Part shown: positions 8,648-17,606 of the stretch, one piece after another
Layout: every line of letters starts with the position of its first letter
Numbering within the stretch: position 1 is the first letter of the stretch
Assembly: GCA_963792415.1 (NCBI GenBank)
Contig: CAWBVY010000004.1
Span: 608,001 to 672,000, forward strand
Direction: 5' to 3'
From: Candidatus Deferrimicrobiaceae bacterium
Lineage (GTDB): Bacteria > Desulfobacterota > Deferrimicrobia > Deferrimicrobiales > Deferrimicrobiaceae
DNA length: 64,000 nucleotides
Made by a program: the position numbers and the translations under genes
The notes under the pieces: model-generated
What the model was told of the DNA's origin: nothing
Database searches by the model: none
Seen by the model: the letters and a program-made list of their open reading frames with translations, nothing else

Positions 8648-9832
8648 ATGAGCGGCCCGTTGTCGGGGGTCCGCGTCCTCGACCTGTCGCGGGTCCTGGC
8701 GGGTCCCTTCTGCACGATGATCCTCGGGGACCTCGGGGCCGAGGTGATCAAGGTCGAGCGGCCCGGGGGGGGGGACGACACGCGCGAGTGGGGCCCCCCC
8801 TTCGCCGCCGGGGAGTCCGCGTACTACCTGTGCGTCAACCGGAACAAGAAGAGCGTCGCCCTGGACCTCAAGTCGCCGAAGGGGATCGAGGCCGTGCGGG
8901 CGCTTTCCGCGCGCAGCGACGTCGTGCTCGAGAACTTCCGGGTGGGGGTGGCGGACAAGCTGGGGCTCGGGTACGAGGCGCTCTCGAAAGGGAATCCCGG
9001 TCTCGTCTACTGCAGCATCACGGGGTACGGTCAGACCGGCCCGTACCGGGATCTTCCGGGGTACGACTTCATCGCCCAGGCGATGAGCGGGCTGATGAGC
9101 GTCACGGGGGAAAAAAGCGGCGAGCCGATGAAGCTGGGGGTGGCGACGGTCGACCTGACCACGGGGTTGTACGCCGCCGTGGCGGTCCTGGCGGCCCTGC
9201 GCCGTCGGGATTCCACCGGCGCGGGGCAGCGGATCGACCTCGCACTGATGGACTCGGCCCTCTCGTGGCTCGCGAACGTGGGGGAGAATTCCCTCGTCTC
9301 CGGCGAGGTCCCGGGACGGTTCGGCAACGCGCACGCGACCATCGTGCCGTACCAGGTGTTCCGCTCGAAGGACGGGTACCTCGCCGTCGGGATCGGCAAC
9401 GACCGGCAGTACCGGAGGTTCTGCGAGATCGCCGGCGCGCCGGAGCTTTCCTCCGACGAACGGTTTTCGACGAACCCGGAGCGGGTGCGCAACCGGGAGG
9501 CGCTCGTCCCCCTGCTGGAGCGCGTGTTCGCGACGCGGCCGACCGCCGAGTGGATCGAGCGTCTCTGGAGCGAGGGGATCCCGGCGGGGCCGATCAACAC
9601 GGTGGACCGGGCGCTGGAGGACCCGAACACCCTTGCGCGGGAGATGGTGGTCGAGATGCCGCACCCGAAGGCCGGTTCGGTGCGGCTGATCGGCTCCCCG
9701 ATGAAGTTTTCCGAGACCCCCGTGGAGTATCGCCGGCCGCCGCCGCTGCTCGGGGAGCACACGGAAGAGGTCCTCCGCGACGTCCTCGGGATGCCCGCGG
9801 AGGAGATCCGGGCGCTCGTCGGCCGCGCCTGA
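8648..9832 (+). CDS. CaiB/BaiF (family III) CoA-transferase
   Basis: VLDLSRVLAGPFCTMILGDLGAEVIKVE, NRNKKS, PGYDFIAQA, PPLLGEHT. Confidence 0.92.
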   Translation: MSGPLSGVRVLDLSRVLAGPFCTMILGDLGAEVIKVERPGGGDDTREWGPPFAAGESAYYLCVNRNKKSVALDLKSPKGIEAVRALSARSDVVLENFRVGVADKLGLGYEALSKGNPGLVYCSITGYGQTGPYRDLPGYDFIAQAMSGLMSVTGEKSGEPMKLGVATVDLTTGLYAAVAVLAALRRRDSTGAGQRIDLALMDSALSWLANVGENSLVSGEVPGRFGNAHATIVPYQVFRSKDGYLAVGIGNDRQYRRFCEIAGAPELSSDERFSTNPERVRNREALVPLLERVFATRPTAEWIERLWSEGIPAGPINTVDRALEDPNTLAREMVVEMPHPKAGSVRLIGSPMKFSETPVEYRRPPPLLGEHTEEVLRDVLGMPAEEIRALVGRA

Positions 9833-9844
9833 CCCGAAGCGGTT

Positions 9845-10729
9845 CTACGTCAGGACGTAGGCGCCGTCGCGGAGGGCGGCCTCCCCCCGCGCGAGCATCC
9901 CGTCGAGGTGCTTGGAGAGGAGCGCCCACTCGCCGTAGTCGAACCATGGGCCGTCCCTCCCGGGGCCGTAGATCAGGCGCCGCGCGATGATCTCCGCCCG
10001 CGTGCGCGGCTCCCGGAGATAGTCCCGCAGCGCCTCCTCCCGCCGGTCGATCACCGCGAGGTACGCGTTCATCCTCTCCGTGATCGGGCCGCGGTGGACC
10101 GGCTCCCCGTGGGAGACCACGTATCGGTCCGCGCCGATCGCGGCGAGGCGGAGGGCGGACTTCCGGAACGCGTCGATGCCGCACGGGGCGTCGCCGTACC
10201 ACGGGCCGAACGCCGTCAGGTCGTAGTCGCCGAGGAACAGGATCCCGTCGTCGGGGAAATGAAGGCACAGGTGCCCGGGCGTGTGGCCCGGCGCGACGAC
10301 GGCGACCGCGCGCGTTCCGCCGAAGCGCAGCTCCTCCCCGTCCGCGATCCTCCTGGCGATCCTCCTCGGCGCGAAGTGGAACTTTTCCGCGAACAGTTTC
10401 CGGTAGAAGGCGTCCCACTCGTTCCCGAGGACGCCGTACCACGCCAGCAGCGTCTCGAGCGATTCGAAGGCCGGGGCGTCCGCGGCCGAGGATTCCACCG
10501 GCGTGTCCGGCAGTAGGGACAGGAACGTGAAGTGGTCCTCGTGGTAGTGGGTCATCACCACCGCCGCGATCCCGTCCTCCTCCCGAAGCCGTCCGATCTC
10601 CACGGGATCCGAGCCGGCGTCCACGAGGATGCCGCCTCCGTCCGCCACGTACAGGGAGTGCGCGTACGGGTACCGCCCGTCCTTCCCGCCCTCGACGACC
10701 CGGATCCTGTCCGTCAGCCCGTGAATCAT
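9845..10729 (-). CDS. MBL-fold metallo-hydrolase
   Basis: THYHEDH, PGHTPGH, FLGD and SHG metal-binding motifs. Confidence 0.88.
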   Translation of the reverse strand: MIHGLTDRIRVVEGGKDGRYPYAHSLYVADGGGILVDAGSDPVEIGRLREEDGIAAVVMTHYHEDHFTFLSLLPDTPVESSAADAPAFESLETLLAWYGVLGNEWDAFYRKLFAEKFHFAPRRIARRIADGEELRFGGTRAVAVVAPGHTPGHLCLHFPDDGILFLGDYDLTAFGPWYGDAPCGIDAFRKSALRLAAIGADRYVVSHGEPVHRGPITERMNAYLAVIDRREEALRDYLREPRTRAEIIARRLIYGPGRDGPWFDYGEWALLSKHLDGMLARGEAALRDGAYVLT

Positions 10730-10759
10730 CTCCCCTCAGCGCTGCGATATGATGTCGGC

Positions 10760-11179
10760 GTGAAGAAGATCCTGCTGCTCCCGTTCTGCCTTTCCCGCGA
10801 GGCCGAGGAAATGGCGGAATCCCTCGCCGCGCGGGAAGGGTACGTCGTCGTGGTGGCGCGCTCGACGACCCGGGCGCTGGCGGAGGTGCGCCGGCACGCC
10901 GGTCCTCCCGGAAGCGGCGCCCCGGTGCGGATCGTCGGCGTGGTGTGCGACGGTCGGGCGAAGAAGGTGTGGGCGGGCCTCGTGCTGCTGAAAGCGCGGC
11001 AGATGGGGAAACGTCTCCTGCGGCGGCGCGTCCGCCGGATCGAACTGGCCCGGGTGGCGATCACGGGCGGGACGAAGTCGCTGTTCGGGCGGCGTCATTG
11101 CCATGTGGGCCGCAACGAGCCCGATATGGAAGGGTTGCGCGCGGCGCTGCGGGGCGGCGACACCTTCATGATGGTGTGA
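10760..11179 (+). CDS. Hypothetical protein, DUF116-like
   Basis: GTG start; ILLLPFCL...GYVVVVA...IVGVVC...C pattern recalls DUF116; TATGAT lies 6 nt upstream. Confidence 0.55.
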   Translation: MKKILLLPFCLSREAEEMAESLAAREGYVVVVARSTTRALAEVRRHAGPPGSGAPVRIVGVVCDGRAKKVWAGLVLLKARQMGKRLLRRRVRRIELARVAITGGTKSLFGRRHCHVGRNEPDMEGLRAALRGGDTFMMV

Positions 11180-12779
11180 CCCCGTTTCCTCCGCCCCCCT
11201 CGCCGGGAATCGACCCCGGCGGGTGGAGCAGGTCCTCGCGCCGGTGGATGGTCCGGACCGTTCCGCTGCGGAACAGGAAGGCGAGGAGGAAGTAGACGCC
11301 GCCCACGAACGACGCCCCGGCGGCCAGCCGGACCATCGACCCGAACACGGTTTCCCACGCGAGGAACCGGGAAGCCGCGTCCAGAAAGAAGAATCCGGCC
11401 GTACCGGCCACCGCCGCGGCCACCGCCAGCTTCCCGTACTCGATCAGTTCGGGCACTCCCCGCCGCCCCACCGTCCGCCGCATCAGGATCCCGTAGAGCG
11501 CTCCCGCGTAGAGGAGGATTCCCGCCGTGCTGGCGAGCGCGAGGCCGAAGACGCCGTACGACTGCTGCAGGAGGTAGTACATCGGGAGGGCGACGATCCA
11601 CGCCCCGGTCCCCACGATCGTCGGGGTCCAGGTGTCCCGCATCGCGAAGAATCCGCGGGAGACGATCGCCTGCGAGCACCAGAAGGGGATCCCGAGGCAG
11701 AAGGCGGACAGGGCGGACGCGGTGCGCATCGTGTCGTAGATCGTGAACGCCCCGCGCTGGTAGACGAGGAGGACCGCCTCCCGCGACAGGACGACGGCGA
11801 TGGCCGCCACCCCGGCGGAGAGGAGGAAGACCCACCGCAGGGTGAGGGACAGCGTGTTCCACATCTCCTCCGTTTTCCCCTCCGCGGCCAGCGAGGAGAG
11901 GAACGGGTACGACGCCACCCCCGACGCCTGGCCGAGGATGCCCACGGGCACCAGCATCAGGCGGCGCGCGTTGTTCAGCCAGGTGATCGCCCCCGCGAGG
12001 AGGAAGGAGCCGAAAACGCGCGTGGTCCACTCGTCCACCACGACGAGGGAGAAGCCGAGCATGATCGGGATGGAGAGCCGGACGAACTCCTTCAGGCCCG
12101 GGTCGGAGAAGTCGAGCCGGGGGGAGAAGGAGAGGCCGCCGCGCCGCGCGCCGTGGATCTGCAGGACGAAGTTCCCGAGGAACGCCCCGGCGAGGACTCC
12201 CCAGGCGAACCCTTCCATCCCGCGGTCGCGCCCGAGGAGCAACCCTCCCGCGATGATCCCGGCGTTGTAGACCAGGGGCGCCAGCGCGGGAAGGAAGAAC
12301 TGCTTCCGCGCGTACTGCACCGCCATCAGGAGCCCGCCGATGTAGAAGAAGATCTGCGCGGGGAGCACGATGCGCGTCAACCGGGCCGCGAGCGCCGCCT
12401 GCGCGGGTGAAAAGCCGGGGGCGAGGAGGGGGATGACGCGGGCCGCGAGGAACTCGCTCAGCACGATGAAGAAGAGCATGCCGATCCCCATCACCGTGGC
12501 GATCGTCGAGAAGGAGCGGAAACCCTCCTCCTCCTTCCCCTCCGCCAGGTACCGCGCGAAGATCGGGATGAAGGTGATGGAGAGCGCGCCGCCCGCGAGC
12601 AGGTAGTTGAGGAAGTCGGGGATCGTGAACGCGACGAAATAGGCGTCGGTCTCGGGGGTGGCGCCGTGCTGCCAGGCGATCACGGCGTCGCGGGCGTACC
12701 CGAGGATCCGGGAGAGGAGCACCGACCCCATCATCAGCGCCGCGGCGCGCCCCATCTGTCGGCCCGGGAGGTCGGACAT
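11166..12779 (-). CDS. murJ: Lipid II flippase MurJ
   Basis: LSRILGYARD, DAYFVAFTIPD, GGALSITFIPIF; many transmembrane segments. Confidence 0.92.
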   Translation of the reverse strand: MSDLPGRQMGRAAALMMGSVLLSRILGYARDAVIAWQHGATPETDAYFVAFTIPDFLNYLLAGGALSITFIPIFARYLAEGKEEEGFRSFSTIATVMGIGMLFFIVLSEFLAARVIPLLAPGFSPAQAALAARLTRIVLPAQIFFYIGGLLMAVQYARKQFFLPALAPLVYNAGIIAGGLLLGRDRGMEGFAWGVLAGAFLGNFVLQIHGARRGGLSFSPRLDFSDPGLKEFVRLSIPIMLGFSLVVVDEWTTRVFGSFLLAGAITWLNNARRLMLVPVGILGQASGVASYPFLSSLAAEGKTEEMWNTLSLTLRWVFLLSAGVAAIAVVLSREAVLLVYQRGAFTIYDTMRTASALSAFCLGIPFWCSQAIVSRGFFAMRDTWTPTIVGTGAWIVALPMYYLLQQSYGVFGLALASTAGILLYAGALYGILMRRTVGRRGVPELIEYGKLAVAAAVAGTAGFFFLDAASRFLAWETVFGSMVRLAAGASFVGGVYFLLAFLFRSGTVRTIHRREDLLHPPGSIPGEGGGGNGVTPS

Positions 12780-12794
12780 GCTTCAGACTATACA

Positions 12795-12838
12795 GGAACG
12801 TCCCCGTTCAACGGTAGTTCTCGGGAACGTCCCTGTTC
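12795..12838. repeat. 15-bp direct repeat, each unit self-complementary
   Basis: GGAACGTCCCCGTTC (12795-12809) and GGAACGTCCCTGTTC (12824-12838). Confidence 0.6.
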
Positions 12839-12843
12839 TGCGG

Positions 12844-13449
12844 TTACGCCCCCTCCCTCTCGCGGGTGGGGTAGGAGAAGTACTCGTGGGTCTGGATGCT
12901 CGCCCAGAACTCCTCGAGGTCCTTCGTCAGGACGAGCAGGTCGTGCCGCACGCCGATCTGGTCGCGCACGTGCCCGCGGAACGTCGCCTCGAGCTTGAAG
13001 CCCAGCTTCTCGAACACGCGCCTCGCGCCCGGCTGCGACTCCATCACCTCCGCCACCACCTTCTCGAGGCCCGACTTCAGGGCGTGGAGGAACAGTTCGT
13101 TGGCGAGGATGCTTCCCAACCCCTTCCGGTGGAAGTCTGTCGCCACGACGGCCCGGATCGTCCCGACGTGCTTCATCCACCCGCCGAGGTTCTTGTGCAG
13201 CGTGGCGTCCGCCACGATGTCGTTCCCCTTCAAGGCGAGGAGCGGGAAGATCCGGTCGTAGTTGAGCTCGGCCGCCCACCGGTCGATCACGGCGGGGTCC
13301 GACACGTTGTCCTTGAGGAAGATCCGGTCCCCCTCGGGAAGCCGCTGGAAGAAGGTGAACAGGGCCTCCTTGTCCTTCCGTTCGAACGGCCTCAGGGTGA
13401 TCGTCGAACCGTCCTTGAGCTTCGCTTCCTTGGGGTATTCCGGGTTCAT
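12844..13449 (-). CDS. GNAT family N-acetyltransferase
   Basis: LKDGSTITLRP, VATDFHRKGLGS (motif A), FEKLGF; AAGGAGG SD. Confidence 0.88.
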   Translation of the reverse strand: MNPEYPKEAKLKDGSTITLRPFERKDKEALFTFFQRLPEGDRIFLKDNVSDPAVIDRWAAELNYDRIFPLLALKGNDIVADATLHKNLGGWMKHVGTIRAVVATDFHRKGLGSILANELFLHALKSGLEKVVAEVMESQPGARRVFEKLGFKLEATFRGHVRDQIGVRHDLLVLTKDLEEFWASIQTHEYFSYPTREREGA

Positions 13450-13513
13450 GGCGCGTCCTCCTTGTCCGGCGGGTGTATGGGTCGATCGAACACGGTGACC
13501 GATGGTGTCTTTT

Positions 13514-13523
13514 CATTATAATG
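13514..13523. promoter_or_regulatory. Bidirectional -10 element
   Basis: Palindrome CATTATAATG gives TATAAT on both strands between the divergent GNAT and enoyl-CoA hydratase genes. Confidence 0.55.
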
Positions 13524-13559
13524 GGCGCGGGGCCCGGCACAACCGGGAAAGGGGGGGAA

Positions 13560-14348
13560 ATGGGCGGCAAGGTGATCGTGGAGCGTGACGGGGGGGTCGC
13601 GACGGTCACCCTCTCCAACCCGGCGAAGAAGAACGCGCTGAACCTGAAGATCCTGAACGAGCTGCGCTCGGCGCTCGACGCGCTCGCATCCAGGGACACG
13701 CGCTGCCTCGTCCTGCGGGGGGAGGGGAGCGAGGCGTTCTGCGCGGGGTACGACATCACCCAGATCCCCGCCGGGGGGAGCGGCGAGGCGCAGGTGCTCC
13801 TTTCCGCCAACCCGTTCGACGACATGATCCGGGCGATCGAGGCGTTCCCCTCGCCGGTGATCGCCATGCTGAACGGCTTCGCCTTCGGCGGAGGGCTCGA
13901 GATGGCGGTGGCGTGCGACATCCGGATCGCCTCCGACCAGGCGGTCTTCGGGATGACGCCGGCCCGCCTCGGAATCATCTACCGTCCCGCGGGCCTCATG
14001 CGGTTCGTGAACACGATCGGGCTCCCCGCCACGAAGGAGCTCTTCTACACGGCGCGCAAGGTGAGCGCCCGGCGGGCGCTGGACCTGAAACTGGTCGGCC
14101 GCGTCTGCCCCCCGGAGGAACTCCCCCAGGTCGTCCTCGAGATGGCGCGGGAGATCGCCGGGAACGCCCCCCTCTCGATCCGCGGCACGAAGCGGATCCT
14201 CGCCCTGTGCATGCGGTTCCGCGACCTCCCTCCCGGGGAGGCGGAAGAGGCGGAGGAGCTGATCCGCGCCTGCATGAACAGCCGCGACCTCCTCGAGGGG
14301 AAGCAGGCGTTCCTCGAGAAGCGGAAACCGAAGTTCCAGGGGAGGTAA
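13560..14348 (+). CDS. Enoyl-CoA hydratase/isomerase family protein
   Basis: KKNALN, AFCAGYDI, PVIAMLNGFAFGGGLEMAVACDIR, FLEKRKPKFQG. Confidence 0.9.
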   Translation: MGGKVIVERDGGVATVTLSNPAKKNALNLKILNELRSALDALASRDTRCLVLRGEGSEAFCAGYDITQIPAGGSGEAQVLLSANPFDDMIRAIEAFPSPVIAMLNGFAFGGGLEMAVACDIRIASDQAVFGMTPARLGIIYRPAGLMRFVNTIGLPATKELFYTARKVSARRALDLKLVGRVCPPEELPQVVLEMAREIAGNAPLSIRGTKRILALCMRFRDLPPGEAEEAEELIRACMNSRDLLEGKQAFLEKRKPKFQGR

Positions 14349-14363
14349 CGCGCGGAAAAACGG

Positions 14364-14484
14364 GTGCCCCCCGTTCTTTCTACTGCGGGGGTACCCCACA
14401 AGCGCGAAGCTCGTGGTGGGGCGCCCCACTCCCGTAAGAAATGCGCTCCCCGGGTACCCCCGCAGTAATAATGCAAAGGGGGCA
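14364..14484. repeat. Dispersed palindromic element, copy 2
   Basis: TACTGCGGGGGTACC...GGTACCCCCGCAGTA inverted arms; shares segments with 175 and 41472. Confidence 0.85.
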
Positions 14485-14578
14485 GCCCGGTCTCGGGCCG
14501 CCCCCTTCGTGCAATTCACCCTCCGGCTTCGCCGGACCTTCCTGTTGCGCGCGTCTTCCGTCTACGTTATGCCGATCG

Positions 14579-16534
14579 TCAGAACGACCCTTTCTCCTTC
14601 GTGTACGCGAGGCGCCCGCCGGCCAGGATGATGTCGATCTGCCGCCCGGTCAGGGAGTGGGTGACCTCGAAGTCGAACCCCTTCGTGACGTTGCGCGCCT
14701 TGAGCTTCGTCCCCTTCCGGATCGCTTCCCGCACGTCCGGGATCTCGATCTCGTCGCCCTGGGCGACCCTGTCGTAGTCGGCCTCGTTCGCGAAGAGGAA
14801 CGGCACGATGCCGAAGTTGATCAGGTTCGCGGAGTGGATCCGCTCGAACGACTTGGTGATGACCGCCTGGACGCCGAGGTAGCTCGGGCAGATCGCCGCG
14901 TGCTCGCGCGAGGAGCCCTGCCCGTAGGAGAGCCCGCCGACGATCACGTTGTGGACCCCCTTCGCCTTGTTCTCCAGCGACCGCCTGCTGAACGTGGGGT
15001 CGACCCCCTCGAAGACGAACTCGGCGTATTTCGCGATGTTGGAGCGGTATTTCAGCCGCGCCCCGGCGGGCATGATGTGGTCCGTGGTGATCTTGTCGCC
15101 CAGCTTCAGCGTGACCGCGCCGCGGATCGCCTCCGGCAGGGGGGCGCTCTCCGGCGGCTTCCCGATGTTCGGGCCGCGCCGGACCTCGACCGCGACGCCT
15201 TCGGCGGCGGGGGCCAGGACCATCGAGTCGTCGATGTGGAACTTCTTCGGGGCCTTCACCTCGGGGTACGCGACCCCGAGCTCCGCCGCGACGTCCCTCG
15301 GGTCGGCCATCTCGCCCTTCAGGGCGCACGCCGCCGCCGTCTCGGCGGAGACGAGGAAGATCCCGGCGTCCTTCGTTCCCGACCGGCCCTCGAAGTTCCG
15401 GTTGTTCGTGCGGACCGAGACGCCTCCCGACGGGGGGGCCTGCCCCGCGCCGATGCAGAAGCCGCAGGCGGTCTCGAGGATCCGCGCCCCGGCGCTCACC
15501 AGCGTCGCGATGCTGCTCTCCTTCGCCGCCATCTGGAGCACCTGGCGGGAGCCCGGCGCGACCCCGAACGACACGTTGGGGCTGACCGTCCGGTCCTTGA
15601 GGATCCGCGCGAGGGTGGTGACGTCCTTGTAGGAGGCGTTCGTGCAGGAGCCCACGAGAACCTGGTGGACCTTCTTCCCCGCGATCTCCTTCACCCGCTT
15701 GACGTTGTCCGGGCTGTGGGGCATCGCGACCATCGGCTCGAGCGCGGACAGGTCGATGTCGATCACCCGCTCGTACTTCGCCGAGGCGTCCGCCTTGAGC
15801 TTCACGTACGCGTCTTCGCGCCCCTGGGCCTTGAGGAACGCCTTCGTCACCTTGTCGGAGGGGAAGATCGAGGTGGTCACGCCGAGCTCGGCGCCCATGT
15901 TCGTGATCGTGGCGCGCTCGGGGACCGACAGCGTCTCCACGCCGTCGCCCCCGTACTCCACGATCGAGCCGACGTTCCCCTTCGTCGTCAGGATCTCCAG
16001 CAGCTTGAGGATGACGTCCTTGGCCGCCACCCACGGCTGGAGCTTCCCGGTCAGGTTCACCTTGACCACCTTCGGATACGTCATGTAGAAGGGGCCGCCC
16101 GCCATCGCCACGGCGACGTCGAGCCCCCCCGCGCCGATCGCCATCATCCCGATCCCGCCGCCCGTGGGGGTGTGCGAGTCGGAGCCCAGCATCGTCTTGC
16201 CGGGGGCCCCGAACCGCTCGACGTGGACCTGGTGGCAGATCCCGTTCCCGGCCCGTGAGTAGAAGATCCCGTGCTTCGCGGCGACCGTCTGCAGGTACAG
16301 GTGGTCGTCGGCGTTCTCGAACCCTTCCTGCAGCGTGTTGTGATCGACGTAGGAGACCGACTTCTCGGTCTTCACCCGGGGAACCCCCATCGCCTCGAAC
16401 TGCAGGTACGCCATCGTCCCGGTGGCGTCCTGGGTTAGGGTCTGGTCGATCCGGACGGCGACCTCCCTGCCCGGCTTCTTGTCACCGGAAACGTAGTGCG
16501 CGTCGATGATCTTCTGGACGATGTTCTTTCCCAT
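14579..16534 (-). CDS. acn: Aconitate hydratase (short, mitochondrial-like type)
   Basis: TQDATGTMA, DHN, GICHQVH, DSHT, GSCTN, CGFCIG, NRNFEGR, TTDHIMPAG, YGQGSSREHAA; AAGGAG SD. Confidence 0.93.
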   Translation of the reverse strand: MGKNIVQKIIDAHYVSGDKKPGREVAVRIDQTLTQDATGTMAYLQFEAMGVPRVKTEKSVSYVDHNTLQEGFENADDHLYLQTVAAKHGIFYSRAGNGICHQVHVERFGAPGKTMLGSDSHTPTGGGIGMMAIGAGGLDVAVAMAGGPFYMTYPKVVKVNLTGKLQPWVAAKDVILKLLEILTTKGNVGSIVEYGGDGVETLSVPERATITNMGAELGVTTSIFPSDKVTKAFLKAQGREDAYVKLKADASAKYERVIDIDLSALEPMVAMPHSPDNVKRVKEIAGKKVHQVLVGSCTNASYKDVTTLARILKDRTVSPNVSFGVAPGSRQVLQMAAKESSIATLVSAGARILETACGFCIGAGQAPPSGGVSVRTNNRNFEGRSGTKDAGIFLVSAETAAACALKGEMADPRDVAAELGVAYPEVKAPKKFHIDDSMVLAPAAEGVAVEVRRGPNIGKPPESAPLPEAIRGAVTLKLGDKITTDHIMPAGARLKYRSNIAKYAEFVFEGVDPTFSRRSLENKAKGVHNVIVGGLSYGQGSSREHAAICPSYLGVQAVITKSFERIHSANLINFGIVPFLFANEADYDRVAQGDEIEIPDVREAIRKGTKLKARNVTKGFDFEVTHSLTGRQIDIILAGGRLAYTKEKGSF

Positions 16535-16927
16535 CGATCTTCTCCTTCCTTCAAGGGTGTGTTTTTCGCGGCGTTCGAACCGAAGACTCAGGCATGTCGA
16601 CAGTATCCGATGAAAAATCGTCCCATCATACGCAAAGCCCCCCCCGAATTCAACCACGGAAAGCGCACCCTGCCGGACCGGTCGAAATGGTGTCACCTGC
16701 AATCGTGTATATGGTCCTACCACTTCGTCCGGCGGGTCATCCTCCCGTCCCGCGAAGATCGGGAGAGAGATAAGGATAGTGCCTTCGAAAAATTCAGGAA
16801 AACATATCGTTTACGGCAGGTTGCAGTTAGAGTGAAAATCCGTGAAGCCGGTCGTCACTCCGCGTGAAAAACCGCTTGCATTCTGATTTCTCCACGGTAT
16901 ACAATTCCCAAACAGCGCCCCCAAAGG

Positions 16928-16942
16928 TGTGTACAGTATACA
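16928..16942. promoter_or_regulatory. Palindromic operator, GntR-like
   Basis: TGTGTACAGTATACA, one mismatch to TGTATAC-N-GTATACA; an extra half-site GTATACA at 16897-16903 overlaps a TTGCAT-N18-TACAAT promoter. Confidence 0.65.
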
Positions 16943-17264
16943 ATTGGTGGAGGCTCTCGATATCCCATGATGTCCGGTCGAACGGAACCCCTTGGATCCT
17001 CTTTTTCGACGAACTCGCGCGGCATGCTCCCCCCGGGAGGAAGCGCTGTGATGATTTGTCACAACGCTACTTTCCCTTCGGCATGCGGTTTGGACAACGC
17101 GGCGATGTCTCCCGGCGACAAGGCCGTTTCTTCAGGTAATCACAAATTGAAAGGAGGGTTTCGCGCTCAGGAGGAGACCCGCAAGGAACGAAATCGAGGG
17201 AGCAGTCAGAATTTCAACACCCGCGTGAAAAACCACCGCATCCCCAGGGAGCGATAAAAGTTGC

Positions 17265-17294
17265 TTGACGAGGGCGGAGGATTTTGTATATCGT
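17265..17294 (+). promoter_or_regulatory. Candidate sigma70 promoter for the decaheme cytochrome gene
   Basis: TTGACG-N18-TATCGT, about 310 nt upstream of the ATG. Confidence 0.4.
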
Positions 17295-17606
17295 CCTACC
17301 ATGTAGTATCCGGTATCGGTAAGACGGGAGATCCTTCCCGGGCGAGGTCAGTCCACCAACAAGAAAAAGGAATGCGCGATTTCCCTTTGGGGCGTGGAAT
17401 CAAGAGTGCGTAGGATAAGTCGGTGGAATTCCATCCTGCTTGATGCGATTTGTTGGTGGCGGGTCTAAAATTTTTTTCAGCGAAGATGACCAGGCCGGCA
17501 ACGGATACCGAAAGGAGGTGCATGCGGACGAGGCTTCGAAGGCGAAGACCTGGAAGGGCATTGCACGCGACCAATGATTCTGCGTAACCATCCCAAGGAG
17601 GGAACG

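Noticed and set aside
17047-17063. CRP/FNR/Rex site TGTGA..TCACA
   Set aside because: The spacer is 7 nt rather than 6, and the arms extend into a longer hairpin.
17395-17409. sigma54 promoter (GG-N10-GC)
   Set aside because: The spacing fits but the match to TGGCAC..TTGC is weak; not supportable on its own.
17300-17600. GEMM-I (c-di-GMP/cGAMP) riboswitch
   Set aside because: A CC-GAAA-GG tetraloop is present, but the GGCAAA..GACGCAAA consensus context is not seen.
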